A DNA stretch of 64,000 nucleotides from Octopus bimaculoides. Taxonomy: Eukaryota. The DNA lies in NCBI RefSeq assembly GCF_001194135.2, contig NC_068981.1:191306706-191370705 (forward strand), in the 5' to 3' direction. Shown one piece after another: positions 12,840 to 27,491 of this stretch. Numbering within the stretch: position 1 is the stretch's first letter; each line of letters begins with the position of its first letter. The notes below the pieces were generated by a model that worked only from the letters and a program-made list of their open reading frames with translations, ran no database searches and was not told where the DNA came from. Both the position numbers and the translations under genes were made by a program.

Positions 12840-15800
12840 ATATTTATATGTATGTATATGTATATATATTTATGTATTTGTGTGTGTCATTTGACAACCA
12901 GTATTAGTTTGTTTACATCTCCATAACTTAGCAGTTCATCAAAAGAGACTGATAGAATAAGTACCAGAATTATAAAAGGAAAATAAATGCTGGGATCAAT
13001 TTGTTTGCCTAAAACCTTTCAAGGTGGTACCCCAGCTTGGCCACAGTCCAATGACTGAAACAAGTAAGAGACGATAAAAAAAGAAGAAAAAGAACCACTA
13101 TTACTACTAATCTTTCTGTTAATTCTTGGAATTTTATGTTTTCTCCACAAAATATTTCAATAAATTGTTTGTTTCTGATAAGTTGATTTCAGCCAATCAG
13201 TGACTGCATTTCATGTTCTATTGATTATTGATCCTGTAAAATATTTCTGTTTCTCTATTTCAGGATAGAATGATGGTTATTGTGAATATTCTTGATGAAA
13301 ATGACAACAATCCAGACTTCAACTTTGTCAGTGGGAAAACACTGAATGGAACAGTACCCGAAAATTCCTTATCGGGCACTGAAGTCATTCTGGACACTCC
13401 TGTAAGGGGCTTGGGTTATATTTTTGTGTCTGTTGATTTTTCTTATGTTTCTATATTTTTGTTATGTTTCAAATCAATCAATAGATACAGATGAAGCTGT
13501 GTGATAAGAAGCTTGCTTCCCAACCACATGGTTCTGGGTTCACTCCCACTGCATGTGCCTTCTACCATAACCTCAGGCCGACCAAAGGCCTTGTGAGTGG
13601 ATTTGGTAGATGGAAACTGAAAGAAGCCCATCATATGCATTTGTATTTATCCACCACCACCACTTGACAAGTGGTGTTGGTGTGTTTATGTCCCTGTCAC
13701 TTAGCAGTTCAGCAAAGAGTGACCAATAGAATAAGTACCAGACTTTATAAAGAAAATAAACTCGGGCATCAATTCATTCAACTGAAAATTCTTCAAAGTG
13801 GTGCCCCAGCATGGCCACTGTCTAATGACTGAAACAAGTAAGAGATAAAAGATAAAAGAAGAGTATTGTTGTGGATCATATAATTGATGAAGGTTCATGG
13901 CTTAGTGGTTAGGGTGTTGTACTCACAATGGTAAGATCATTGTTTCAGTCCCTAAGAGACCAATAGAATAAGTACTAGGCTTACAAAGAATAAGTCTTGG
14001 GATCAATTTGTTCGACTAAAGGTGGTGCTCCTGCATGGCCACAGTCAAATGACTGAAACAAGTAAAAGAATATTTTCATAATTGAATATTATTTGGAATT
14101 TTTAAAAAATGTTAAAATGTTTTGTGCATTGCAAAAGTATAACCAATTTATTGTACTTAAATTTAACAACAAAATTTTATATAGGTTCCCAAGGGTCATA
14201 TGGACCCATATTTAGACCCAGTGTGTTAGACAATGTGGTCCTTGATATGCAAAAAAAAAAGAAGAAAAAAAACACAGAAAACAGGAAGGTCATGGTTGGA
14301 TTATAGGTCTGTTCAATAAGACTGACCTGGGGCTAAACACCAACTGATCAACAAATTGCCATAACTCCACCACCGCTACCACTACCACTTATGCAAATCT
14401 AGATTGATACATGTAAAACAGCAACAACAACAAAAATGTTTGCTTTTTGTTTAAATATCTGTAGATATTATCTGGAGTGATTGCTAGGTTCAAATGGGAA
14501 ATGAAAGGAAGTAGATATAATATATGTATAAAGTCAATGATTTAGATCACATCCATTTAGAATGTTCTACATATAAACACATTCTGTTGTGCTGGGATTC
14601 ACGCACCACTAAGATTCAAACCAATATTGTAAGAAAGATGGGATTAGAAAGTATAATCAAGATATCTTTAATTCATGCGCCATCTCTCTTAAACATTTTG
14701 TTTCCTTTCCCATTTTTGCAATATACCAATTTTATTTATTTTTTTAAGCAGCTTCAAAAATATGGGAAAATTGTAGAATATGAAATACGTAATCAGAAAT
14801 TCATATAATTGTTACAGATTCTTCAATGATTTATTCATGAGAAATTTCTCTATAGTTTTCTGATATTTCCATATCTGAATAGAAACACTCTATTTTGAAA
14901 ATATCCCTCAAACTTGACAATTTTAACTTTATTTCATTTTTAATATAGGATTATTCAGATGACAAACATAAAAAAAGAGAATTGTGTATGACTAAATCTG
15001 GCTTATCGTTCAATTTTCAGTTATCTTCTGTGGCGAGGGTGGGGGGTTATCTATTGTTGTTGTTTTCCATTTGGAAACAAATTCTGTTTTAGTTGTGATG
15101 TTTTATTTTGGTATTTGTTTTCTCTTTGTCAGGCACATCAACTGGAAGTCCAAGATATTGATGCTGGAGAAAATGGTACTGTAACTCTAAGTCTCAATGG
15201 AGCAACTCAGTTTCGTCTTCGCAAAGTCGAAAACTCTAGCTATGTTGTTTATGTCAAAGCCAATTGGTCCCTTGACCGTGAATGGCGCAGCAATTACAAT
15301 GTGAGCATCACTGCTCGTGACGGTGGTGACCCACCAAGGTCATCTGTCATTTATTTATTCATTAAAGTTTTGGATGTTAATGATCACAGTCCACAATTTC
15401 AGTATACTTCATATAATATGACAGCCACTGAAAACTCCCCCCTCGGTAAAGTTATTGGCTATGTTCATGCTGATGATGAAGACTCCGAAGTCAATGGTGA
15501 AATTGAATATTCTATTGTGAGTGGATCAATGGAGATGTTTGAAATCGGTGAGAAAAATGGCAGTATATATATCAGCCAACCTAAACTGGATCGAGAGAAG
15601 AAAGACATTTATCACATCACTGTGCGTGCACAAGATAAAGGTTTTCCTCGAAAGCAGGCACATACAGTTGTGAACGTATATGTTGAAGATGTTAATGATA
15701 ATGCACCAGAGTTTTCGCAACAGGCCTACACAGTTACTGTTCCTGAAAACACACCAGTTGGAGACATTATTTTCCAGGTGGATGCACGTGACAGAGATTT

Positions 15801-18800
15801 AGGAGCTGGCGGTCAGGTCTCTTTCTTTTTGGAGCCTCGTTCCAAATTTTTCTACATAGACAAGAACAATGGTAGTATCTACTTGAACAAATCTCTTGAC
15901 TATGAAACAACAAGGAGACATTTTACTTTCAACATTCTTTCTCATGATCATGGCACCCCAAGCATCAGTTCAATTGCTCCAATTGAAATAAAAGTTACTG
16001 ATGTAAATGATGAAGTTCCAGAATTTTCTCAGCCGTTGTATGTTAGCCAGATCACTAAAACTTCGCCAATAGGTAAAGCCATTACAGTCGTCCAAGCAAA
16101 AGATACAGATTCAGAGATCATTTATTACTTGACACCGTCATCTTCTGAGTTCACCATTGACAAATCAGGTGTCATTGTCCAAACTGAGAACATTGATAAA
16201 ACAATATTCTCACCAGGTATGCTGTATAAGGAATTTAATGTTGTCGCTACAGACTCAATCCACACCGCCAATACATCTGTTCAGGTAGGTCATTATTTAA
16301 CCCTTTTTGTTATCATATCTCCATTGAAATACACTGCCTCTGTTTCAATTAATTTTGGAAATAATGAAGAATTTAGTAAAATAACTTTGTCATTATTAAG
16401 CTGGTATTTAGAACATAACACAAAATTTTGATAATAAGTTTTAATTTAGACCACCTTAACCATTTTGTTACCATATTTCTACTGAAATACTCTGCCTTTG
16501 TTTCAGTTTTGAAAATAATGAAGAATTTAGTAAAATAACTACCATTGTTAAGTAACAGTTTTGAACATAAATTAACACAAAATTTGATGGAATGTTTTAA
16601 TTTAAATCACTTTAAACTGCAAAGTTTGTATCATGGAACTAAGGGCAGTTCCAGGTTGGTCAGTATAAAAAAAGTTCATTCTTTGATACCATACTTTTGT
16701 TAAAATACACTGCCTTTATTTCAATTAATTTATTAAAATAACTTAATCATTATTAAGCTGGTGTTTGAAGCATAAATTACCATAGAATTGCCTAAGGTGT
16801 CACTCATTAGGATTGAACCCAGAACCATATGGTTGGGAAGCAAACTTCTCAACTACACAAACCTCTTAATATTTTTGCGTCTTCTAACTTTTATTTTTTA
16901 TTCCACAGATTTTTGCCACAGAAGATGAACCAATTGAGTTTAGACACCCAGTCTACAGACTTAAAATTCCAGAAGATATTAGGCCAGGTGGCAGAGTTTT
17001 CCGATTGAAAATGTCACGTAATCGTAACTCTGGCATCTTGTCTTCCGACCCAAGTTTGGCCAATTTGACTTATCATATGATGTTTCCTCTCGACTGGTTT
17101 ACCGTCAATTCAACAACAGTTAGTATTTACCATCATTAATCTTTCGCATATGCGTGTATGTTTGCATGTATGTATATGGACTTAACTTTCAAATGTTGGT
17201 AAAACATAGTTACTTTACCAGTTGCTGCTACATTAAAACAATGCTACTATGATTATCTAATATTAACTCCATTGAGTTTTAAATTCCATCTTTTCATATT
17301 GACTGACATGAAGCTATTTCTGCAGTTTCACATTAATCAGATTTTGCAAAGCAAATATAAATAAGTAAAACTAATAATAATCCTTTCTACTAAAGGCACA
17401 AGGCCTGAAATTTGGGAGAGGGTACCAGTCGATTAGATCGACCCCAGTACACAACTGGTACTTAATTTGACAATCCTGAAAGGATGAAAGGCAAAGTCAA
17501 CCCCAGCAGAATTTGAATGCAGAACGTAAAGACAGATGAAACGCCGCTAAACATTTTGCCTGGCGGGCTAAGGATTCTACCAGCTCCCTGCTTTAGTAAC
17601 AGTAATAATAATGGCATACCTACACAAGTGTACCCACCACCAACTTTGTTTCCTCATAGACTTTCAGAAAAGTGAATATTTCTTAAGAAAAGTTACTACA
17701 AATGTGCTTCAGCTGATGTAGATCACAGTGACAATTATATTGGAATTTAATGTGGAAAATTTTTTCCAAGGGTAAGGATGGGGTGTTTCAGAAAATTCAC
17801 ACAAGTTGGCTTTGTTTCCTCATATCTTTCAGAAAAATAGGAATTTTTTTTTTTTTTTTAGGAAATTTTCTACAAATACCTTTCAGAGTATTTAGATTAT
17901 GATTATACAATATGGAAAAAGAAAATTAGTGGACTCATACACATGCATACTAATACACACCATAACTTTTTTCAAAATTTCAAGTTTCATTTTATAGATA
18001 TGTGTAACATATGTCAGTATGTAGGTGTATAAGATCACTAACTTATTTTTTCCATATTTAAAAGCTATTTGTAGAAAAGTTCATTAAAAAATTACCAATT
18101 TTTTTTAGAGTTACAAAGAACAAANNNNNNNNNNNNNNNNNNNNNNNNNNNNNNNNNNNNNNNNNNNNNNNNNNNNNNNNNNNNNNNNNNNNNNNNNNNN
18201 NNNNNNNNNNNNNNNNNNNNNNNNNNNNNNNNNNNNNNNNNNNNNNNNNNNNNNNNNNNNNNNNNNNNNNNNNNNNNNNNNNNNNNNNNNNNNNNNNNNN
18301 NNNNNNNNNNNNNNNNNNNNNNNNNNNNNNNNNNNNNNNNNNNNNNNNNNNNNNNNNNNNNNNNNNNNNNNNNNNNNNNNNNNNNNNNNNNNNNNNNNNN
18401 NNNNNNNNNNNNNNNNNNNNNNNNNNNNNNNNNNNNNNNNNNNNNNNNNNNNNNNNNNNNNNNNNNNNNNNNNNNNNNNNNNNNNNNNNNNNNNNNNNNN
18501 NNNNNNNNNNNNNNNNNNNNNNNNNNNNNNNNNNNNNNNNNNNNNNNNNNNNNNNNNNNNNNNNNNNNNNNNNNNNNNNNNNNNNNNNNNNGTATGGATT
18601 TATATATATATATATATATTATATAAAGCTAGCGAGATGGCAGAACTGTTAGCATGCTAGACAAAATGCTTAGCAGTATTTCGCCCGTCACTATGTTCTG
18701 AGTTCAAATTCCACCAAGGTTGACTTTACCTTTCATCCTTTTGGGATAGATAAATTAAGAACCAGTTGCGTACTGGGGTCGATGTAATAGACTATCCACC

Positions 18801-19000
18801 TCCCCCAAATTTCAGGCCTTGTTCCTATAATAGAAAGGATTATGCACAGGAGTGGCTGTGTGGTAAGAAGATTACTTCCCAACCACATGGTTCCAGGTCC
18901 AGTCCTACTGCATGGCACCTTGGGCAAGTGTCATCAACTATAGCGTTGGGCTGACAAAAGCCTTCTGGATTTGGTAGATGGAAGCTGAAAGAATCCTGTC

Positions 19001-19038
<38 letters not shown>

Positions 19039-19991
19039 TTGTATTTTTGTGTCTGCATTTGTCCCCCACCATCGCTTGACAACTGATGTTGGTGTGTTTA
19101 CATCCCCATAACTTAGTGGTTCAACAGAAGAAACCAATAGAATAAGTACTAGGCTTACAAAGAATAAGTCCTGAGATTGATTTATTCAACTAAAGGCAGT
19201 GCTCCAGCATGGCTGCAATCAAATGACTGAAACGAGTAAAAGAATAAAAGAATATATATATATGATTATACAAACAGTTTCCTAGCAAGCCATAGGTATG
19301 AAAATATCCAATTTTCGATTAGCTTTAAATGCACAAACCACCATCCAGCATTTGTATTAGATATATTTCTCTATTCCAAGGATATTGGAGCCTACATATT
19401 TTGTTGTTATATATATATGGTTAATCATTTTTGTGCATGTGTGTAATAATAATTTATGATACTTAACAATAATTCAGATATGCTAACTAGGTTAATATTT
19501 TGACTTTTTCACCATTTTGCTTAGTCTCTCAATATATCTATATTGTGTGTATAAACTGACAAACAATATCTTTACACAGACAGATTTTCTTACGTTTTTA
19601 ATTCTAATTTTCCTTGTGTTTGCTTTGCCAATTATTGCCTTCTACTCTAATACAATAATCAATCTTTAAATTGTACAGCTACAGTCCTTTATATTCTTAA
19701 AGAATGAAAATTCTATTTTCTCCAGAAATTATCTTTGCTATTTTTCTTCAGGCTGTATAAGTTTTGATTTGATCATTTCTGTAAAAATAATCGGCTACAC
19801 CTTTATGTTTAGCCCCACTTGTCTGTTGCCTGAAACCATTTCAAGAACTACAGACGTAGATGAGATCTTACAGTCGATAGTCTAAACTTAGTTGTGGTAT
19901 AACTGCAATCTCTCTCTTGCTAGTTTTCCTCTCATTTCTTAAATAACTATTTTGAAATATATTTTTTTTATGTCGTTGTTGTAGATTTCTC

Positions 19992-20072
<81 letters not shown>

Positions 20073-20510
20073 GGCAGCAAGCTGGCAGAATTGTTACTGC
20101 ACCAGACAAGATGCTTAGTGGCATTTCTTCCAGTTCTTTATGTTCTGAGTTCAAATTCTACTAAGGTTAACTTTGCCGTATGCCATGGGTATATGCTGTA
20201 GTGCTCTTATTTTCACTGTATTGAAAGTGTTTTACATAGGATATGTGCGGTGCCTAGTCGTGCTATTTTCTGTATGTTATATATACTTGTAAGTCCTGGT
20301 GATTTTGCTATGTATTTGTCTGAATGTCTATTTACATACTCAAAGCGCTTACTATGATAGGAATTGTTTCTGTTTTTAGGCTCCACATTTGAATTATCTC
20401 TATTTATAAATCTTTGTATTTTGTAAGTTTTTCCGTTTCTTTTAAAGAAACATTGTCATCTGTTGGTATAGATACATCGATTAGAAATCATTTTTTTTCT
20501 TGGTGATCTC

Positions 20511-20596
<86 letters not shown>

Positions 20597-23011
20597 ATTA
20601 CTACTACTACTACTACTACTAAGGCAGCAAGCTGACTGAATTGTTACCATACTGCACAAAATACATTTTACATTCTGAATTAAAATACCACTGATATTGA
20701 CTGTCTTTCGTTGTTCAGGGTTGATAAAATAACAGTTGAGCAATGGGGTTGATGTAATTGACTTGATCCCTCCCTCAAAATATCTGCCCTTGTGCCTATA
20801 ACAGAAAGGATTATTATCATTATCATGAAATTTACATTATGTATCAATTACATATTTTTTACTATTCTATACTGCTTTTTTTCTTTATTGTGGTTGTTGT
20901 TGTTTGTTTTTGTTTTCTGGGATGGAACAGAACTGGAGGTCAGAGTGGTCTTAACGGTATTATAAGCCTCCACCTGAATGGGGGCTTATAATACAAAATC
21001 AAAGCATCTTGGTTTATAGGATACCCTCCCAAGCAGCTACCCATTCTCCATGTCTTAAAATGACACTAACTGGAGTTATATCCTGAATAAATAAAGTTTT
21101 TAATTAATAGCTAAACAATTATTCTGTGCTGATAAAGAGAAATAACCTAGAAATCGCGATACACGGATATTGTTTTGAGCTGAGTGGGGGTGCTAGATTC
21201 CCTTGTTCGAAAATATAAGGACACAGATCATGTCATATAGCCAGCTAGAGATGATGTCTCCTGGGGCTAAATTACAGCAACATTCGTCCTAAACCAGGAC
21301 TGCCATGTTATGTTGGCAAACAATCTTTACCCCTAATATATCAATATTGTTTTAATTTGAAAATATTCTAATTAGTTTTCATAATCATATAAGTCAAGTG
21401 ATATATTTTTTAAACAGTTTGGGTGTAAACTATTTCTTGTGTTCATCATCATTTTAAATAATAATAATAATGAAATTATTGTATACAGTGCTCAGGTGCA
21501 CTGCAACTTGTCAAAAGTGTGCATAAAGCATATGCAGAATTGTACAGATGTCTGGAAAGTGAACAGTGTATGAGTCAGATACATGCTTGTGTGTGTATGG
21601 AGGGGAGAAAATCAGGTGTAGTGTTGGCGAATCTCAGGAAGCATGGAAGTTTTGAAGGATGCAGTGCTCCGACAACTAACAACTGATGCTGGCAGTTTGT
21701 TCCATACTTCAGCAACTCTTAGCATGAAAAAGTGTTTCCGAAAGTCATGGGAGCTGTGCTGTTTTCTGACTTTGTAAACATGTCCACAGGTGTTAGACAG
21801 GTGTTAGACAGGTGTTAGACAGGTGTTAGACAGGTGGAGTTTGAAAAGGTGCTCAGAGTTATTGTTAGTATGATGGTTAATAATTTTATGGGTGTCTGCC
21901 AAGTCAGCTGCCAGATGTCGGTATTTCAATGTATCCATACCCAGGGAAGTAAGGCATTCAGAATATCATAAATGCCTGATGGAGGGTATTCTCTTGGTTG
22001 CACGTTGCTGAATGCTTTCCAGACGATTAATATCCTGGGCAAGATAGAGGTTCCAGACAAGGCTGGCTCTTTGAAATACATTTTTGCCAGCTGAGTGGAC
22101 TGGAGCAACATGAAATAAAGTGTCTTGCTCAAGGACACAACACGCCACCAGGTATTGAACTCATGACCTTACAATCATGAGCCCAATATCCTAACCATTC
22201 AGCTACATGCCTTCACGTGATGTCAAGATAAGGAGACACACACACATGTATACACGAATGGTCGGCTTCTTTCAATTTCCATCTACCAAATCTGCTCACA
22301 TGATTTTGGCTCATCTAAAGCTGTAGAAAAGACTTGCCAAAGATACCATGCAGTGGGACTGAACCTGAAACCATGTGGTTGGAAAGCAAGCTTCTTAGCC
22401 ACCCCTTTGTTTTGTTTTGTTTGTTTGTTTGTTTGTTTTTGTTTTTTTTTCTTAATTATTTATTTATTTATTTGGACTTTTTAGTGGTGGAAATAGCGTT
22501 TGCAAAGATATCTAATTTATTTTTCAAGATCATGACAATCCCAACATCCATCTGTTCATTTTGACTAATTCAAATAAAGGTTGTCAGAGTAAAAAAAAAA
22601 ACCAAAATCTTTTAGATGTAATTTAATAAATAAACAAAAATATTTTAATTGATCAAGCCACCTGCTGTTTAAAGTAATCAGAGTAAATTATATATTTTTT
22701 AATTAAACATCTCTAAGCATCGACACCATTATCATTAACATATTTCCATGTTGTAATTGTTGTTCTTCACAAAAGATTTCAGGAGTTCTTTTGTCACTAA
22801 ACAGTTCTGGAAAGTAAAACAATTGCATCATGGCAACATCATGTATCAGCTTGGCAACATTGTTGTGAAAGACACAGTTGGATTTCTTAAGTAATTTTTA
22901 TATTGTCATCACTACTACTATTACTACTACTACTACTACTACTACTACGACTACTACTACTACTATTACTACTACTACTACTACTACTACTACGACTACT
23001 ACTACTACTAT

Positions 23012-23069
<58 letters not shown>

Positions 23070-23229
23070 GCCAGCAGCATCATCAACACCATCATTGTTT
23101 TGTTTGGCAGACAATACAATTTAAAAATTGTTCATTACCAAGTTTTTATCTTTGAGCTATCTCATCATCATCATCATCATCGTCGTCGTTTAACGTCCGC
23201 TTTCCATGCTAGCATGGGTTGGACACACA

Positions 23230-23262
<33 letters not shown>

Positions 23263-23387
23263 CATCATCATCATCGTTTAACGTCCGTTTTCCATGCTGG
23301 CATGGGTTGGACGATTTGACTGGGGACTGNNNNNNNNNNGTCGTCGTTTAACGTCCGCTTTCCATGCTAGCATGGGTTGGACACACA

Positions 23388-23420
<33 letters not shown>

Positions 23421-24574
23421 CATCATCATCATCGTTTAACGTCCGTTTTCCATGCTGGCATGGGTTGGACGATTTGACTGGGGACTGGCGAACCAGATGG
23501 CGACACCAGACTCCAACCTGATCTGGCAAAGTTTCTACAGCTGGATGCCCTTCCTAACACCAACCACTCTGAGAGTGTAGTGGGTGTTTTTATATGCCAC
23601 CAATACGAGGGCCAGTCAGGCTGTTCTGGCAATGACCATGCTCAAAAGGTGTTTTTACGTGCTACCTGCACGGGAGCCAGTCTGGCGGCACTGGCAATGA
23701 CCACACTCGAATGTTGTTTTTCACGTGCCACCGGCACATGTGCTGGTAAGGCGATATTGGCAGCAATCACACTCAAATGGTGCTTTTCACATATTACCGG
23801 CACGGGAGCCAATCCGTGGCCCTGGCAACTATCACGCTTGGATGTGCTTTTAACATTCCACTGGTACGAGTGCCAGTCAGATGGTACTGTCATCGGCCAC
23901 GTCAGCAATTTTGGTTTTGTATTCACTTGCCTCAATAGGTCATATATCTATATATGTCTGTATGTATGTGTGTATATATACATGTGTGTGTACATATATA
24001 TATGTATATGTATAAATTATTAAGGTGACTAGTTGCAGTTTAAAAACCAAAACACATGTGGTTTGGGGGTTTTATATATATGTGTATATATATATATTTG
24101 TGCTGTTAGATGTACAACTAGTACTGTATGTATTAGAGCTTCCCATAGATTATCATTATTCAATCAGCTTCCAATAATAGTGCGCTTCACATTGTTTTGG
24201 CTCAAATGATGCCATCCCACTGGTTAGACAACCAGGCCGACATCCCCACTGATCAGGATATTCTCTGACAGGGTCACTCATTTACAGCTGAGTGGACTGA
24301 TGTAATGTGAGATGAAGTATTTTGCTCAAGAACACAACAAGCCACCCAGTCTGGAAATCGAACCCATGATCTAGTAATTGTGAGTGTAATACACAAACCA
24401 CTGAGCCATATGATGAGCTTCTTTCAGTTTCCATCAACCAAATCCACTCACAAAACTTAGGCTGGCCCAGGGCTATAGAAGAAGACAAGGAGCTCAAGGT
24501 GGCATACAGTGAAACTGAGCCTGAAACACATGGTTGAAAAGCAAACTCCACAACACAGCTATGACTGTGCCTCT

Positions 24575-24627
<53 letters not shown>

Positions 24628-26724
24628 TAGATAGATACATTCACAGACACACATATCCACAAACATACATATATGCACACTTCAGAAGATTTGGTTGTAG
24701 TGTACAAGAGTCTACTTTCACTTTACAACACGATGCATATGAAGAACGATGGCTGATTGGAGGTGTGCCAAATGATTCGAGCGAGAAGATTCATTGAAAT
24801 AGAAAGACTGAGGAATGTTTGTGTAGACGGCAGTGATGGGATCTGATCTCATGATGCTTGACTTCACACAATGTTAAATTACCATGTAGTAACATGCTTT
24901 GCAGGAACAGACCAGTCCAATCCATATATGATCATGAAAATGATGGTGGTGATTGTGATGCTTCTGTCGCTACTGCTGGTGTCATGCATACACATGCATG
25001 CACATATACGTACATATTAAATTCTTCGTATTGATTTTTCCAGTGGATTTTGAATGGTCATTTAAATTTGGACATTCAGAGGAATTATTGGTGCATATAT
25101 TTATTTTACAGCCATAAACTTTTCTTGCTGACCACTGATGCAAAGAGAAACTTTTCTGTTAAATAATCTTTTGACTAAATATTCTTTGTCCAAGAATATA
25201 TATAATATCTGCAAACACAAATTCCAGACTCTTTCACAATCACTGTGTATTTAGACAACTGAAATAATAACTGGAAAAGATTTTCCAGTGAGGCCTTCTG
25301 CACAGAGAACAAATAGTTAAGTGCTGCCCAATGTATTTAATATAGTGAGCGAAAAAATACGTTTAATTAATCACAGTGAAGGCACATGGCTTAGTGACTA
25401 GGGTTCTCAGCTCACAATTGTTAGGTCATGAGTTCAATTCCCAGCAGTATATTGTGTTCTTGAACAAGACTTTCTATTTCACATTGCTTCAGTTTGCTCA
25501 GATGGCAAAAATGAGTAGTACCTGTATTTCAAGGGGCTGGCCTTGTCACATTCTGTGTCGCGCTGAATCTCCCTGAGAACTATGTTAATGATATGCATGT
25601 CTCTGGAGTACTCAGTCACATGCATATGAATTTCAATGGAACAGGCTGTTCCATTGATCGTATCAACAAGAACCCTCTTAATTGTAACGATGGAATGCCT
25701 GTTTTTTTTTGTTTTTTTTACCTATCACAATTATATCTGTATTTAAGATAATCTGAATTAAAATAATCTTAATGCCTTGCTTCCCTGATCATGGTTACAT
25801 TGAAGCTCCGACGTCTGGCAACTAACTTGGTAAACACCCACAAAATTATTAACCATCACACCAACAACCACCTTGAACACCTTTTTGAGCACCATATGTC
25901 TAACACACATGGGCATGCCCGCAAAGTCAGAAAACAGCACAGCTCCCATGACTTTTGGAAACAGTTTTTCACACTCGGAGTTACTGAAGCACGGAACAAA
26001 CTACCTGCATCAGTTGTTAGTTGCTGAGACATTGCATCCTTTAAAACCTTTAAATAATCTTTGATTAATTCATTGTTTTGATGTTATTTTCTTCTCTCTT
26101 CATCAGGGTATCATAACCACAACATCTGAATTAGATCGAGAAGTACTGACCAGTTCTTACCAACAATTTGCTGTCGAAGCAGTAGATTCAACAGGTCAAA
26201 CAGTTGCCACAACTGCTGTAAGTAATTTTTCCACCCCTTTGGTTTTTTTCCCCCATTTTTTTTTACTTCACAGCATTTTTCTTGTATTATTTCTATTTAT
26301 CTTTTACATGTGTCAGTCATTGGACTATGGCCATGCTGGAGCACTGACTTCAATGGTTTAGTCAAGCAAATCGACACTTGTACCTATTTTAAATATTGTA
26401 CTTATTTTATTGGTCTCTTTTACCAAACTGCTAAGTCAACAGGGGTATAAACAAACCAGCATTGGTTGTTAAGGTGGGAGATATAAACACACAAACATAC
26501 ACACATATATACAGATACCACACAGATTCCATCTACCAAATTCATTCACAAGCCTGAAGCTATAGTAGAAGCCCAAGGTGCCAAGCAGTGGGAATGAACC
26601 TGAAACCACACAGTTGCCAAGCAAGCTCCTTAACCACACATCCATACCTCATAATAGTTTTATAGGCTCAGGCAGACCAAAGCCTTGTGAGTGGATTTGG
26701 TAGACAGAAACTGAAAGAAGCCTG

Positions 26725-26765
<41 letters not shown>

Positions 26766-27422
26766 AGCTAGAAGGCTGCACCAGGCTCCAATCTTCACTT
26801 GACTAAAACTCTTCAAGGCGGTGCTCCAGCATGGCCGCAGTCAAATGACTGAAACAAGTGTAAGAATAAAAGAAAACTACTGATTAAAAATACTGTGAAC
26901 AAATAACACTGTTTTGGGTCATAAATTTTTTACATATGCAGCTGTAAACTATGGCCTCTGGATGAAGTAAACACTCTTGATGAGCTGGTAAATGCCTGTG
27001 AAACTAGCTGAGCTTCTCCTTCAGTCTATTCTGCAGAGAGGAACCTTTTCTTTAATTCACCAGAAAGTTTATTTTCACAGTCTGGCTAAAAATATGTTTG
27101 TTAATTATATGCGCAAAAATATAATTACAATTTATAGATATAAATAATTTTTTAATATTTTAGTTAAATATAATATACTGCCTGAAAATGTATTGATATG
27201 CAAATAAGCAGAACCTATGGCACTTGTTCATAATATTTTATGTAAGACACTTTTGATAAGTTAATTATGGCCAGTAAAACTAGTGAAGCTTATTCTTCTA
27301 TTTCTCCTGCAGTGAGAGAGTGTGAAAGAGAGAGAGAGCAAAGGCTCTCTCTTTCTCGTTCTCTCACTGCAGGAGAGAGAGAATATGTACATTATATAAA
27401 TGAAGAATATAATGCCCACGCA

Positions 27423-27491
<69 letters not shown>

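Noticed and set aside
15115-16431. 438-aa ORF taken as a stand-alone intronless protocadherin
   Set aside because: It starts at a TTG in intron sequence, has no signal peptide or TM, and is bounded internally by splice sites that join E3 and E5 in frame.
23182-23487. Identical 148-bp direct repeat (23182-23329 = 23340-23487) across a 10-N gap
   Set aside because: Same unmerged-overlap artefact.
24690-24800. Purine-rich stretch reading ...[28 protein letters not shown]
   Set aside because: No convincing splice sites in frame, it ends in a stop, and E5-E6 join correctly without it.
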